A stretch of DNA of 64,000 nucleotides, from contig JAENZW010000001.1 of assembly GCA_016841065.1 (NCBI GenBank), positions 6,502 to 70,501 on the forward strand, written 5' to 3'. This stretch comes from Actinomycetota bacterium. Lineage in GTDB: Bacteria; Actinomycetota; Coriobacteriia; Anaerosomatales; JAENZW01. The notes below the pieces were generated by a model. That model saw only the letters and a program-made list of their open reading frames with translations. It was not told the origin of the DNA and made no database searches. A program made the position numbers and the translations under genes. Shown piece after piece: positions 43,285 to 53,243 of the stretch (position 1 is the stretch's first letter; every line of letters begins with the position of its first letter).

Positions 43285-44439
43285 CTACGCGCTCGTCGAC
43301 CATCCGCGTAGCCGTTCGACCCCCGCAGAAAGCCGTTCGAGAGAAGTCGCGTAGCTGAATCGCAGAAAGCCTTCTCCCCCGCGCCCGAAGTCGATGCCCG
43401 GCGCTACGGCAACGCCCGCCTCTTCCAGAAGCCGGTACGAGAGCCCAAGAGAGTCTTCAGACCAGTTGCGCGCATCCGCAAACACATAGAAGGCTCCTGT
43501 CGGCTCCGTGGCGACGACGAGCCCGATCTCGCGAAGCGCCGGCACGAGGAACCTGCGCCGCTTGTCGTAGACATCCCGCATTCTTGAGACGTCGCCCTGC
43601 GCTTCGGTGAGAGCCACAACGCCTGCGACCTGGACGAAATGATTGGCGCACAAGAAGAAGTTCTGCTGGATCTTCTCGGCAGGCCTCACGAATTCAGGCG
43701 GTGCGATCATATAGCCGAGGCGCCAGCCCGTCATGGCGTAGGCCTTCGAGAAGCCGTTAAGAACGAACGCCCGATCCGTGAACTCGAGGATCGACCGGTC
43801 TTTGCCCTCGAAGTAGAGACCGTGGTAGATCTCATCACTCGCGATGTAGACGCCCGTCTCCTCGGCAATCGCTGCCAATGCCTCCAGGTCCTGCGGCTCC
43901 AGCGTCGTGCCCATGGGATTGGCCGGTGAGTTGATCATGATAGCCCGAGTGCGCGGAGTGATGGCGGCTCGCACTTCCTCGGGCCGAAAGCGGAAGCCCT
44001 CTTCGGCGCGAACACGGATCGGTACCGGCACGCCGCCGAGGAAGCTGATGTAGTTGGGGTATGCCGGATAGCAGGGGTCAGAGACGATGACTTCGTCCCC
44101 GGGATCGAGAAGAGACCCGAACAGTAGGAGCATCGCGGGTGACGTCCCCTGGGTCACGACGACCTGGTCCGGTCCCGCGTCGACTCCGTATGTCGCCAAG
44201 TAGTGCGCCGAGACGGCCTCGCGCAGGCTAGGAAGGCCCAGGGACTGCGTGTAGCCGGTGTCCCCGTGCTCCATCGCTTCTTCTGCGGCGCGCTTGATCA
44301 CATCCGGGGTCGGCAGGTCGGGGTCGCCGATCTCCAGGCGAATGACATCTCGTCCCGAAGCAGCAAGCTCCTTCGCACGTGCCACCACGTCCATTACCAT
44401 GAACGGTCTGATGGCCTGTGCACGTCTGGAAACCGGCAC
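43285..44439 (-). CDS. class I/II pyridoxal-phosphate-dependent aminotransferase (AspC-like)
   Basis: 384-aa ORF. NSPANPMG, SDEIY and SKAYAMTGWRLGY (PLP-Lys) motifs. Confidence 0.88.
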   Translation of the reverse strand: MPVSRRAQAIRPFMVMDVVARAKELAASGRDVIRLEIGDPDLPTPDVIKRAAEEAMEHGDTGYTQSLGLPSLREAVSAHYLATYGVDAGPDQVVVTQGTSPAMLLLFGSLLDPGDEVIVSDPCYPAYPNYISFLGGVPVPIRVRAEEGFRFRPEEVRAAITPRTRAIMINSPANPMGTTLEPQDLEALAAIAEETGVYIASDEIYHGLYFEGKDRSILEFTDRAFVLNGFSKAYAMTGWRLGYMIAPPEFVRPAEKIQQNFFLCANHFVQVAGVVALTEAQGDVSRMRDVYDKRRRFLVPALREIGLVVATEPTGAFYVFADARNWSEDSLGLSYRLLEEAGVAVAPGIDFGRGGEGFLRFSYATSLERLSAGVERLRGWSTSA

Positions 44440-44453
44440 GTATCCTCCTGTGA

Positions 44454-45734
44454 CTATGTCGTCGACTCGAGCCGTGCGCGGTAGACTCCGGTGATGGCTG
44501 AACCGAGAGCCTCAAGTCGTCGCAGATCAGTGAAGCCGATCTCCTGGCTGCACACGATCTCGTGCGACAGCTCGTTCATCATGTCCAGACCTAGCTCGTC
44601 CGCCCGGTTCCAGAGATCCGTACCAGGCAACACGTGCAATGTGGACATCTGCATGATACCGGGGTCGAGGCCAACGACGAACCGCATCCCATCGAGCACG
44701 TCCGACGTGTGATCTCCGGGTAGACCGACGATCAAATCACACTCGACCGCGATTCCCTCTGCCTTCAGAGCAGCAACTCCGGAGGCGAAGCGCTCCCTAT
44801 CGAAAGCGCGTTTGCAGATTCGAAGGGCCTCCGGACCGACTGACTGTGGACCGGTCTCGACGGAAACGACGCCCGCAGCGCGTAGCAGTTTCGCCGCAGT
44901 CGAGTCGATATGCTCGACATCGACTTCCACAGTGTGTAGGCGCAGTCCTCTCGCGACGTAGGGGGCGAGGACGCCCGACAACCACACCAGACGATCGCGT
45001 GTCAGATTGAACACTGGATCGATGAACGAGAACGTCCGCACTCCCGCAGAGAACAGGGCATCTACTTCGGCCTCGACTCTCTCGTTTGAGAAGTACCTGA
45101 TGCGCCCGTAGCCCTTACCCTCGAAGCAGTAGCCGCACGAATGGGGGCAACCCCTGTACGTCTCGATGTACGCGGTTCCCTCATTGGGTTGCATGACGCC
45201 CGCGAGGTAGGGCGATGGCACGTCGTCCAGTCGCGACAGCAGTCCTCGATCCGGTGACGAGACGATTCCTCCCTCACGGCGACAGGTCACGCCATCGACC
45301 CGCCAGACGGGGGTCCCCTTCACGTACGCGTGCAGAAGTTCCGCGAACGTCTCCTCGCCTTCACCGCGGACGATCACATCGAGCGCAGAGTTGCGCGCGA
45401 GCACCTCCTCGGCAATCGGTCCGACCTCGGGTCCGCCGAGGACGATCCGAACGTCCGGGAGGGCCTTACGGAGTATCGAGCACAGGTCGCAGACGAGACA
45501 GCGGTTCCAACACATGACCGAAATTCCGACTACCTCGGGCTTCAGCTGCGCGAGACGGTACGCAAGCCACCATGGATCCAGATCGGCGCTGAGATCCAGA
45601 GTCGTGAAGCCGACCTTCCCTTGAAGCCGCGGATCGGCCTGAGCAAACGCTCGGATGTAGCCAAGTGCGAGCGACTGGTAGCCCGTCGCGTTGAGCGCGA
45701 CGAGGGCGACCTTGAGGAACCCCTCGCCGCTCAT
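44454..45734 (-). CDS. B12-binding-domain radical SAM protein (class B)
   Basis: 426-aa ORF. N-terminal Rossmann-like B12 domain (KVALVALNATGYQSLALGYI...VVGISVMCWN...IVLGGPE), then CPHSCGYC (CxxxCxxC). Confidence 0.82.
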   Translation of the reverse strand: MSGEGFLKVALVALNATGYQSLALGYIRAFAQADPRLQGKVGFTTLDLSADLDPWWLAYRLAQLKPEVVGISVMCWNRCLVCDLCSILRKALPDVRIVLGGPEVGPIAEEVLARNSALDVIVRGEGEETFAELLHAYVKGTPVWRVDGVTCRREGGIVSSPDRGLLSRLDDVPSPYLAGVMQPNEGTAYIETYRGCPHSCGYCFEGKGYGRIRYFSNERVEAEVDALFSAGVRTFSFIDPVFNLTRDRLVWLSGVLAPYVARGLRLHTVEVDVEHIDSTAAKLLRAAGVVSVETGPQSVGPEALRICKRAFDRERFASGVAALKAEGIAVECDLIVGLPGDHTSDVLDGMRFVVGLDPGIMQMSTLHVLPGTDLWNRADELGLDMMNELSHEIVCSQEIGFTDLRRLEALGSAITGVYRARLESTT

Positions 45735-46453
45735 GAAGAAGCACCGCCTTCCACGACGACTGCGGCTTCCGCGTGCAGGGCGCGATCACCAAGGAGTTCG
45801 AGAGAGACGCCGTCGACCCAACCCCACATCCGGCTCACGACGGCAGTGTCGAGAGCGGCGAACACCCATTCAAGCCGACTCGCGCACAGTTCCTTGCGAA
45901 CCACATACCTGACAGCGCTGGCACTCGCCTTGGCGAAGACGAGGGTGATTTCGGGCAGCGACTTGAGTGTGTGTGGGCAGACGACCACACGTCCGACCAG
46001 CGCTACCTTCTCTTCAGCAACGGAAGCGGCGTGCACCAGTGCCTCCATGCCGGCAACCGCCGCGTCGAACGACCCCGGGATTCCGGACAGTCTATCGTGC
46101 TCCGCGGCGTTCGGTGCCAGCAAGATCGCCTCGACGTACCGTACGCCGGATGCGATAGCGCCCGACGCATTGTCGGCCTCTCCGAGCGCGATGGCGTCGG
46201 TCAGCAGCCCGATGCGTTCGGTGCCAGCCGCGACCGCGGCTCCTACGATCTCCGGGAGGTCAGGGTGGCTGAATGGCTCGCAACCGCAAAGCAACACGTT
46301 TGGACCCGGAGCCGCATTCCACTCATCAGCCAGCACCGAGAACTCTTCGGCAACGGCAACGGCATCCCGTCTCGAGGGTGCTTCGCGTCCGCCGCATAGC
46401 CTGCACTCGGCCGCGCCGCCCACACCCAACTGTACGGGTCGGAATCTGATCAT
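45731..46453 (-). CDS. radical-SAM-like protein with degenerate cluster motif, hypothetical
   Basis: ORF track 45731..46555. Start trimmed to ATG 46453 (GGGGGA SD). Only C-x2-C (ECRLCGG) where CxxxCxxC is expected. LLCGCEPFSHPDLPEIV resembles the GGEP...HPD segment of radical SAM enzymes. The stop overlaps the B12-rSAM start (ATGA). Confidence 0.4.
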   Translation of the reverse strand: MIRFRPVQLGVGGAAECRLCGGREAPSRRDAVAVAEEFSVLADEWNAAPGPNVLLCGCEPFSHPDLPEIVGAAVAAGTERIGLLTDAIALGEADNASGAIASGVRYVEAILLAPNAAEHDRLSGIPGSFDAAVAGMEALVHAASVAEEKVALVGRVVVCPHTLKSLPEITLVFAKASASAVRYVVRKELCASRLEWVFAALDTAVVSRMWGWVDGVSLELLGDRALHAEAAVVVEGGASS

Positions 46454-46573
46454 CGGATCCCCCTCAGGTCTCACCCGTTGCAGCATACAGCATGAATTCG
46501 TGCGGTTGCCTGCGCACGCAGGGCGTGCGAGGATTGGGCCACGCATTACCGGCAACTCAAACGGACAGCCTTC

Positions 46574-48976
46574 ATGGCCGACGAACGGCGACTTCGCCTA
46601 TACCAGTTTGCATATGCCACTCTCGGACTCACGATTGCGGCCGCGTTGGTTGCTGTCCGATACTACGTCGGCTTCCCACTGTTCCATCTCCTGGCCGAGC
46701 TGTTCGCCATCACGGTCGCAGTCGCCACGTTCATGGTGACCTGGAATGCACGCCGTCACATCGACAACGGATACCTGCTGCTCCTGGGAATCGCGTACTT
46801 GTTCGCCGCTGGGATAGACACTCTGCACGCTGTCTCCTACAGGGGCATGAACCTCATTCCAGGCACCGACTCCAACGTGCCGACCCAGCTCTGGATCGCG
46901 GCACGATACATCCAGGCCTCCGCGATTGCACTCGCACCGTTGTTCGTGTCTCGAAAAGTCAGACCGGCTCTGGCTCTCGTTGGATACGCCGCGGCGTCAA
47001 CCTTGCTCGTCACCTTGATCGGCTTCGGTCTCTTCCCCGATGCCTTCATCGAGGGCGGGGGCCTCACGACATTCAAGATAGGCAGCGAGTATGCCGTAAT
47101 CGTCATCATGATCATCGGCCTCGTACTGCTGCTTCAGAATCGCGGGTCTTTCGAAGCGCACGTCCATCGACTGCTTGAGGCGTCCATCGCCGTCACTGTG
47201 GCCTCGGAACTCGCCTTCACGATCTACATCGACGTCTACGGGCCCGCCAACATGACGGGCCACCTGCTGCGGATACTGGCGTACTTCCTCCTATATCGCG
47301 CGATCGTTGCGCTGGCTCTCGAGCGACCATACGAAGTGCTTTACCACGACCTATACTCGCGAGCCGAGAGCCTGCGACAGAGCGAGGAGCGCCTCCGATC
47401 CACGTTCGATGAGGCGTCGCTGGGCATCGCCCACATCACACCAGACGGCACGTTCTCCTCGGCCAATCCCGGCTTCGCGGCCATCACCGGCTATTCCATG
47501 AAGGAACTTGTGGGCATGCGTCCGGAGCAGATCGTTCACCACGATGATCGAATGACCGACGTCGCGCTCACGCGGACAATGCTCGCGGGCGACCGTGACG
47601 AAGCCCGCTACGAAGTCCGCTTCGTGCGCAAGACAGACGAAGTGGTCTGGGTCGGAATTACGCGCAACATACTGCGGGATGTCGGTGGCAAACCCAGCCA
47701 AATTGTGATGATGGCCGAAGACGTGTCCTCGCGCAGAGCGGCAGAGCACCGACTGCAGTCCGAGGCCAACTTGAACGCAGCGCTCACCGAGATCGACCGC
47801 ACGGTCCTGAGCACGTTCAACATCGATGACATCCTGGCCCGCGTCGTGGAGATGGCAGGCGACGCAATGGGTGCCGAGAGCGCTGCAGTGGTTGTGCAAG
47901 AGCAAACGGGCTGGGTGGTTCGACATGCCTACCGATTTCCCGAGGACATTGTTGGCCAGTCGTTCCCCGACACGGCAGTAGGACATGGGATTGAGGCACA
48001 GCAGCGCGGTGAACCAGTAGCGATTCGCGACGCATACGTCGACGAAAGGGTGGATGGGGCCCTCATGCGGCGGTTCGGCATTCGCGCCGTGATCGCCATC
48101 CCGCTCAGTTTCCGCGACGAGCGCGTAGGAACGCTCTACCTGATGTATCACCGCGGTCCGCACGTCTTCACCGCCGAGGAGCGTGACTTCGCGAGCAAGC
48201 TGGCAACCACGATCTCCGTGTCCGTTGAGAATGCGAGACTCTACGAAACCGAGCGGCACATCGCAGACACGCTGCAGGGCGCATTGGTCTCCCTCCCCGA
48301 CGAGATCCGGGGGCTTGACGTTGCGCACGCCTACCGAAGCGCCACGCAGCTCGCCAGAATCGGCGGCGACTTCTTCGATGTCTTCGAGATCTCACGGGGG
48401 ACGGCCGTCGTCATCATCGGCGACGTCTCCGGAAAGGGCATCGAGGCGGCAACATTCACCGCAATGGCGCGCAGCACGATACGTGCTTTCGTGCATTCTT
48501 ACGACGCCCCGGGCGCGGCTCTGACCGCGGCGAACCTGGCGATCACGGCCCAGACGGGCGAGGTACGCTTCGTCACCGCAGTCCTCATGATCATAGATCT
48601 CGCGACAGGTCGGGCTAGAGTCGCATGCGCTGGACATCCAGCCCCCATCCTGTGCAGCGCGAACGGCTGCGAGGACGACCACGACGAGAGAAACCCTCCC
48701 CTCGGCGTCGTGCCCGAACAGCGCTTCACCGACTACGAGATCGTCATGTCGCCCGGCGACCTACTCGTTCTCTTCAGTGACGGCCTCATCGATGCCCGGC
48801 GCGGCACGGACAGTTTCGGAGAAGAAGGGGTTCGGACAGTTCTCGATGAACTCGGTGGCGCGAAGCCTCAGATGGTCGTAGAACGCCTTCTCGCGAGATC
48901 GCAGGCGCATGCGGACGGCATCGCGACAGACGACGTAGCGGTGCTGGCCATACGCTACCTGGGACTCGGCCAGTAG
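46574..48976 (+). CDS. MASE3-like membrane domain-PAS-GAF-PP2C (SpoIIE-type) phosphatase
   Basis: 800-aa ORF. Seven or so TM helices starting FHLLAELFAITVAVATFMVTW, a PAS domain (SEERLRSTFDEASLGIAHITPDG), a GAF domain, and a C-terminal PP2C (IGGDFFD, IIGDVSGKGIEAA, LFSDGLIDA). Confidence 0.8.
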   Translation: MADERRLRLYQFAYATLGLTIAAALVAVRYYVGFPLFHLLAELFAITVAVATFMVTWNARRHIDNGYLLLLGIAYLFAAGIDTLHAVSYRGMNLIPGTDSNVPTQLWIAARYIQASAIALAPLFVSRKVRPALALVGYAAASTLLVTLIGFGLFPDAFIEGGGLTTFKIGSEYAVIVIMIIGLVLLLQNRGSFEAHVHRLLEASIAVTVASELAFTIYIDVYGPANMTGHLLRILAYFLLYRAIVALALERPYEVLYHDLYSRAESLRQSEERLRSTFDEASLGIAHITPDGTFSSANPGFAAITGYSMKELVGMRPEQIVHHDDRMTDVALTRTMLAGDRDEARYEVRFVRKTDEVVWVGITRNILRDVGGKPSQIVMMAEDVSSRRAAEHRLQSEANLNAALTEIDRTVLSTFNIDDILARVVEMAGDAMGAESAAVVVQEQTGWVVRHAYRFPEDIVGQSFPDTAVGHGIEAQQRGEPVAIRDAYVDERVDGALMRRFGIRAVIAIPLSFRDERVGTLYLMYHRGPHVFTAEERDFASKLATTISVSVENARLYETERHIADTLQGALVSLPDEIRGLDVAHAYRSATQLARIGGDFFDVFEISRGTAVVIIGDVSGKGIEAATFTAMARSTIRAFVHSYDAPGAALTAANLAITAQTGEVRFVTAVLMIIDLATGRARVACAGHPAPILCSANGCEDDHDERNPPLGVVPEQRFTDYEIVMSPGDLLVLFSDGLIDARRGTDSFGEEGVRTVLDELGGAKPQMVVERLLARSQAHADGIATDDVAVLAIRYLGLGQ

Positions 48977-49036
48977 ACTCCCTGAAAACCACCGCCACGC
49001 AAGTCGATCCGAGCTGTCCCGCCCGGGATACGAGAA

Positions 49037-49065
49037 GCGGCCCTTCCCATGTCGGGAAGAGCCGC
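49037..49065. terminator. stem-loop between convergent PP2C gene and tRNA-Leu (likely bidirectional terminator)
   Basis: gcggcccttccc-atgtc-gggaagagccgc (12-bp stem with one mismatch). On the minus strand it follows the tRNA CCA end by 10 nt and is followed by ttctcgtat. Confidence 0.55.
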
Positions 49066-49075
49066 CGTTCATAGC

Positions 49076-49161
49076 TGGTGTCCGAGGCGAGAGTTGAACT
49101 CGCACGTCCCTAAGGACACTAGGCCCTCAACCTAGCGCGTCTGCCATTCCGCCACTCGGAC
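49076..49161 (-). tRNA. tRNA-Leu (GAG), class II with long variable arm
   Basis: Reverse complement GTCCGAGTGGCGGAATGGCAGACGCGCTAGGTTGAGGGCCTAGTGTCCTTAGGGACGTGCGAGTTCAACTCTCGCCTCGGACACCA. Acceptor GTCCGAG/CTCGGAC, anticodon loop TTGAGGG, variable arm GTCC-TTAG-GGAC, encoded CCA. Confidence 0.93.
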
Positions 49162-49217
49162 TCGCCGCCGTCCCAGGGGACAGCGTAGGCGAGTATAGCA
49201 ATAGCCACCGAGGTTGC

Positions 49218-50258
49218 CTACCCCTCGGAATCCACGGTCACCTGCCGTGATACGGGATGCTCGTGCCTGAGCTTGATCGGGTACGGTGCCGCGAAATGAC
49301 ACGCGGCCGCATGTCCGGGATTGACCTCACGCAACTCGGGAATCTCTTCGGCACAGACCGGGAACTGAGCGATCGGGCACCGTGTGTGAAATCGGCATCC
49401 TGTCGGGGGATCGATGGGACTCGGCACATCGCCCTCGAGGATGATCCGCTGTCTCTCCCGCTGCTTGACGGGGTCAGGTACCGGTACCGCAGAGAGAAGC
49501 GACTGTGTGTAGGGGTGGTGCGGCTCATCGTACAGACCCTTCCAGTCCCCGATCTCCACGATCTTGCCGAGATACATCACTGCGATGCGATCGGAGATGT
49601 GCCTCACGACGGAGAGGTCGTGAGCAATGAAGACGTACGTGAGTCCGAACTCGTCCTGCAGGTCCTCAAGTAGGTTCACGACCTGGGCCTGGATCGATAC
49701 GTCCAGCGCCGAGACCGGCTCATCGCAGATGATGAGCTTCGGTTTCAGCGCAAGCGCGCGGGCAACGCCGATTCTCTGGCGCTGTCCGCCGGAGAACTCG
49801 TGAGGATAGCGGTTGATGTGTTCGGGGTTGAGCCCGACGACCTCAAGCAGCTCCTGCACCCGTTTCTTCTGTTCATCACGGGTACCGATGGCGTGGATTA
49901 CGAGTGGTTCGGCCACGATCTCGCGAATCGTCATGCGCGGATTCAGCGACGCATACGGATCCTGGAAGATTACCTGGACGTTGCGCCTGTACCATTTCAG
50001 TTCCTTGCCCCGCATCGCCACGACGTCACGGTCCTCGAAGCGAATCTCGCCGCTTGTTGCAGGGTAGAGCCTCAAGATGCATCGGCCGGTCGTAGACTTG
50101 CCGCAGCCCGACTCGCCCACCAGACCCATCGTCGTACCCTCTTCGACCGAGAACGTCACGTCGTCCACGGCGCTCACATGCCCACCGAGACGCGACAGGA
50201 TCAGACCTTGTTCGACGGGGAAGTTCTTCGTCAGACCCTTGACCTCGAGGAGCGCCAT
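49218..50258 (-). CDS. oppF: oligopeptide/dipeptide ABC transporter ATP-binding protein (OppF/DppF-type)
   Basis: Start trimmed to ATG 50258 (TGATG overlap with the upstream stop), giving [13 protein letters not shown]. Walker [10 protein letters not shown], signature FSGGQRQR, and a C-terminal Opp-type extension with Cys residues. Confidence 0.88.
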   Translation of the reverse strand: MALLEVKGLTKNFPVEQGLILSRLGGHVSAVDDVTFSVEEGTTMGLVGESGCGKSTTGRCILRLYPATSGEIRFEDRDVVAMRGKELKWYRRNVQVIFQDPYASLNPRMTIREIVAEPLVIHAIGTRDEQKKRVQELLEVVGLNPEHINRYPHEFSGGQRQRIGVARALALKPKLIICDEPVSALDVSIQAQVVNLLEDLQDEFGLTYVFIAHDLSVVRHISDRIAVMYLGKIVEIGDWKGLYDEPHHPYTQSLLSAVPVPDPVKQRERQRIILEGDVPSPIDPPTGCRFHTRCPIAQFPVCAEEIPELREVNPGHAAACHFAAPYPIKLRHEHPVSRQVTVDSEG

Positions 50259-51268
50259 CAGGCGGCACCCCCTTCGGCAGATCCTCTCACGAAGCCCTCG
50301 TGGCCGGCGAAATGGCATGCGACCATGTGCTTGCCGCCGACGTCGAGAAGCGGCGGCTCCTTCGTGCGGCAGATCTCCTTGGCGTACGGGCAGCGGGGGT
50401 TGAACGCACATCCCTTCGGAACAGCGATGAGGCTCGGGGGCTGACCCTCGATAGGAAGCAGCTTGCCCTTCTCGTCTATGTCGTACCGGGGAAGACTATC
50501 GAGCAGGCCCCACGTGTAGGGATGCTTCGGGCCGTAGAAGACGTCCTGGACGGTGCCCACCTCCACGGGACGGCCGGCGTACATGACCAGCAGGTTGTCC
50601 ACCATGTCGGCCACGATGCCGAGATCGTGGGTGATCATGATGATGGCCATGCCCTTCTCGGCCTGAAGCTCGATCATGAGGTCAAGGATCTGGGCCTGAA
50701 TCGTGACGTCGAGCGCGGTGGTCGGCTCGTCTGCAATCAAGATGTCGGGATCACACGCAAGAGCCATAGCAATCATTGCGCGCTGACGCATCCCGCCGGA
50801 GAACTGGTGTGGGTACTCCTTGGCGCGCTGTGACGCGTTCGGGATCCCCGCCATGTCCAGAAGCTCGACTGCACGGGCAAAGGCTTCCTTCTTCGACATG
50901 CCTTTGTGCAGCCGAAGAGACTCCCCTATCTGGCCCCCGACCCGATAGACCGGATTCAACGAGGTCATCGGGTCCTGGAAGATCATCGCGATGTTGTTGC
51001 CGCGCAGTGACCGGACTTCCGTATCGCTCATCTCAAGCACGCTGCGATCCTGGTAGCGGATGTCCCCTCCCGCGAAGCGCCCGGGCGGCATGGGGATGAG
51101 CCGCATGAGCGACATCGCGGTGACCGACTTCCCGGAACCGGATTCGCCGACGATACCCAGTGTCTCGCCCTTGTCCAGCGAGAACGTGACACCGTCAACG
51201 GCCTTGACGACGCCGTCGATCGTGTCGAAATACGTCTTGAGTCCGGTTACTTCGAGCAGTTTGGACAT
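50258..51268 (-). CDS. oppD: oligopeptide/dipeptide ABC transporter ATP-binding protein (OppD/DppD-type)
   Basis: 336-aa ORF. Walker A GESGSGKS, signature FSGGMRQR, Walker [13 protein letters not shown]. Confidence 0.9.
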   Translation of the reverse strand: MSKLLEVTGLKTYFDTIDGVVKAVDGVTFSLDKGETLGIVGESGSGKSVTAMSLMRLIPMPPGRFAGGDIRYQDRSVLEMSDTEVRSLRGNNIAMIFQDPMTSLNPVYRVGGQIGESLRLHKGMSKKEAFARAVELLDMAGIPNASQRAKEYPHQFSGGMRQRAMIAMALACDPDILIADEPTTALDVTIQAQILDLMIELQAEKGMAIIMITHDLGIVADMVDNLLVMYAGRPVEVGTVQDVFYGPKHPYTWGLLDSLPRYDIDEKGKLLPIEGQPPSLIAVPKGCAFNPRCPYAKEICRTKEPPLLDVGGKHMVACHFAGHEGFVRGSAEGGAA

Positions 51269-51273
51269 CTACG

Positions 51274-52242
51274 CTAGTCCTTCATCTTCACGTCGAGTGC
51301 ATCACGCAAACCGTCGCCCATGAGGACGAACGCAAGCACGGTGGTGAGAATCGCAAATCCCGGCCAGATCATCAGCCACGGCGCCACGACCATCATCGAG
51401 CGAGCATCCGCAAGCATGTTGCCCCATGACGGCTGAGGGAGCTGCACGCCCATCCCGAGGAAGCTGAGTGCAGCCTCGGAAAGGATTGCCCCGCCGATGC
51501 TCATTGTCGCGTACACGATGATCGGTGCCGCAGCATTCGGCAGAATGTGACGCGAAAGGATACGAACGTCCGAAGCACCGAGCGCACGGGCGGCGTCAAC
51601 ATACTCGTTCTCTTTGACCGAGAGAATCGAGCTCCTGAAGACGCGTGCGATCGAAGGCCATCCGAGTATGCCGATTGCGATGAACACGTTCGTTTCGCTC
51701 GGTCCAAGGATTGCGATCATCGCGATTGCGAACAGGATGTACGGGAATGCGAAAAAGACGTCAGCCAGCCGCATCACAAGTGTGTCCGACAAGCCGCCAT
51801 AGAAGCCTGCAATCGCGCCGAAGAAGAGCCCCAGGAAGACCGAGATGGCTACCGCGAGAATACCGACACGCAACGAGACCTGCGCACCGTACACTACGCG
51901 AGCCGCGACATCTCGCCCCAGATTGTCGGTACCGAACGGGTGCTCCCAGCTCGGCGGCTTGAGTCTCTGCTCGGCGACCTTGGTTGTGTCCAGGGCTATC
52001 GGGTCACCGAGAAGCGGTGTGACCCAGAGATCGGCAGTGACGGCCATGACCACGACGAGTGATATCCAGATGAGACCCACGACCGCCAGCTTGTTCTTTC
52101 TGAGGCGACGCAAGGTGTCACGCCAGAGGGTGCGCGTCGGCCGAACGGGGCCCTGTATCTCAAGACCGTACGCAACCTGCTCTTCGACGGTCTCAGCAAT
52201 CTGTTCGAGATCGATCTTGTGCTTGTGGTCGGAGTTGCTCAT
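51274..52242 (-). CDS. oppC: peptide ABC transporter permease (OppC/DppC-type)
   Basis: 322-aa polytopic ORF with an EAA-like loop (YVDAARALGASDVRILSRHILPN). Confidence 0.88.
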   Translation of the reverse strand: MSNSDHKHKIDLEQIAETVEEQVAYGLEIQGPVRPTRTLWRDTLRRLRKNKLAVVGLIWISLVVVMAVTADLWVTPLLGDPIALDTTKVAEQRLKPPSWEHPFGTDNLGRDVAARVVYGAQVSLRVGILAVAISVFLGLFFGAIAGFYGGLSDTLVMRLADVFFAFPYILFAIAMIAILGPSETNVFIAIGILGWPSIARVFRSSILSVKENEYVDAARALGASDVRILSRHILPNAAAPIIVYATMSIGGAILSEAALSFLGMGVQLPQPSWGNMLADARSMMVVAPWLMIWPGFAILTTVLAFVLMGDGLRDALDVKMKD

Positions 52243-52245
52243 TCG

Positions 52246-53211
52246 CTACGCCGCCTCTCCGCCATACCTGATACGCGGATCGAGGAACGCATAGCTGATG
52301 TCGACCAGAAGGTTGATGAACATATATGCGATTACGACGATCACCACGCCACCGGTCACGATCGGCCAGTCACGAGCGATGATCGCCAGGTAGATTTCGT
52401 ATCCGATTCCCGGCCAGTTGAACACCGTTTCCGTCAGTATCGCGCCGGCCAGCATGGCGCCGAGGTCGATACCGATGAACGTCACGACCGGGATGAGAGC
52501 GTTCTTGAGAGAGTGTCTGCGGACGACCGCGCCGCCAGAAAGGCCCTTTGCCTCAGCGGTCCGGATGTAGTCCTGCTGTGAGACATCGATCATCTGGCTG
52601 CGCATGATTCGCGCAACGTACGCGGTGGAAACGGAGGCAAGAGTTATTGCAGGCAGAATCAGATGCGCAAGATCAGGCGGATTGCCCATACCTGATATGG
52701 GCAGATACGGCAGACCCCACTTCTTGAAGTACACGCCGAAGAGAATCTGCATGAGCATGCCGAGCCAGAAGACCGGCAAGGATACCAGTATGGATGTGGA
52801 TAAGGTGCCGGCAACATCCCAGAACGAGTAGCGTTTGACTGCGGAGATGATCCCGACACCAATTCCGATGACGACCTCGATCAGGATGGCCGCGAGGGCG
52901 AGACGAGCGGTGTAGGGGTACTTCTCGACGAATATCTCGGTTACCGACCGATTCTTCTTGTAGGACTGGCCGAGATCCCCTCTTGCGAGATTCTTCATGT
53001 ACGTCACGTACTGAGTCGTAAGCGGCTGATCGAGACCGTGTTTGCTAACGAGTTGGTTGTAGGTTGTCTCCGAGATTACCCGATCGCCGGTCAGCATCTC
53101 AATGGGATCACCGGGCAGGACGCCGGGCGCGCGCAAAATGAACAGTACGATGGTCACCCCGAAGAACACGGGAATCATCTGAAGTATGCGCCGAGCAACG
53201 TACTTGAGCAT
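52246..53211 (-). CDS. oppB: peptide ABC transporter permease (OppB/DppB-type)
   Basis: 321-aa ORF. MLKYVARRILQMIPVFFGVTIVLF N-terminus and an EAA-like loop (YIRTAEAKGLSGGAVVRRHSLKNALIP). Confidence 0.88.
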   Translation of the reverse strand: MLKYVARRILQMIPVFFGVTIVLFILRAPGVLPGDPIEMLTGDRVISETTYNQLVSKHGLDQPLTTQYVTYMKNLARGDLGQSYKKNRSVTEIFVEKYPYTARLALAAILIEVVIGIGVGIISAVKRYSFWDVAGTLSTSILVSLPVFWLGMLMQILFGVYFKKWGLPYLPISGMGNPPDLAHLILPAITLASVSTAYVARIMRSQMIDVSQQDYIRTAEAKGLSGGAVVRRHSLKNALIPVVTFIGIDLGAMLAGAILTETVFNWPGIGYEIYLAIIARDWPIVTGGVVIVVIAYMFINLLVDISYAFLDPRIRYGGEAA

Positions 53212-53243
53212 TCGTGTGCCTTCTACGAGTCCGCAGGACGTGC

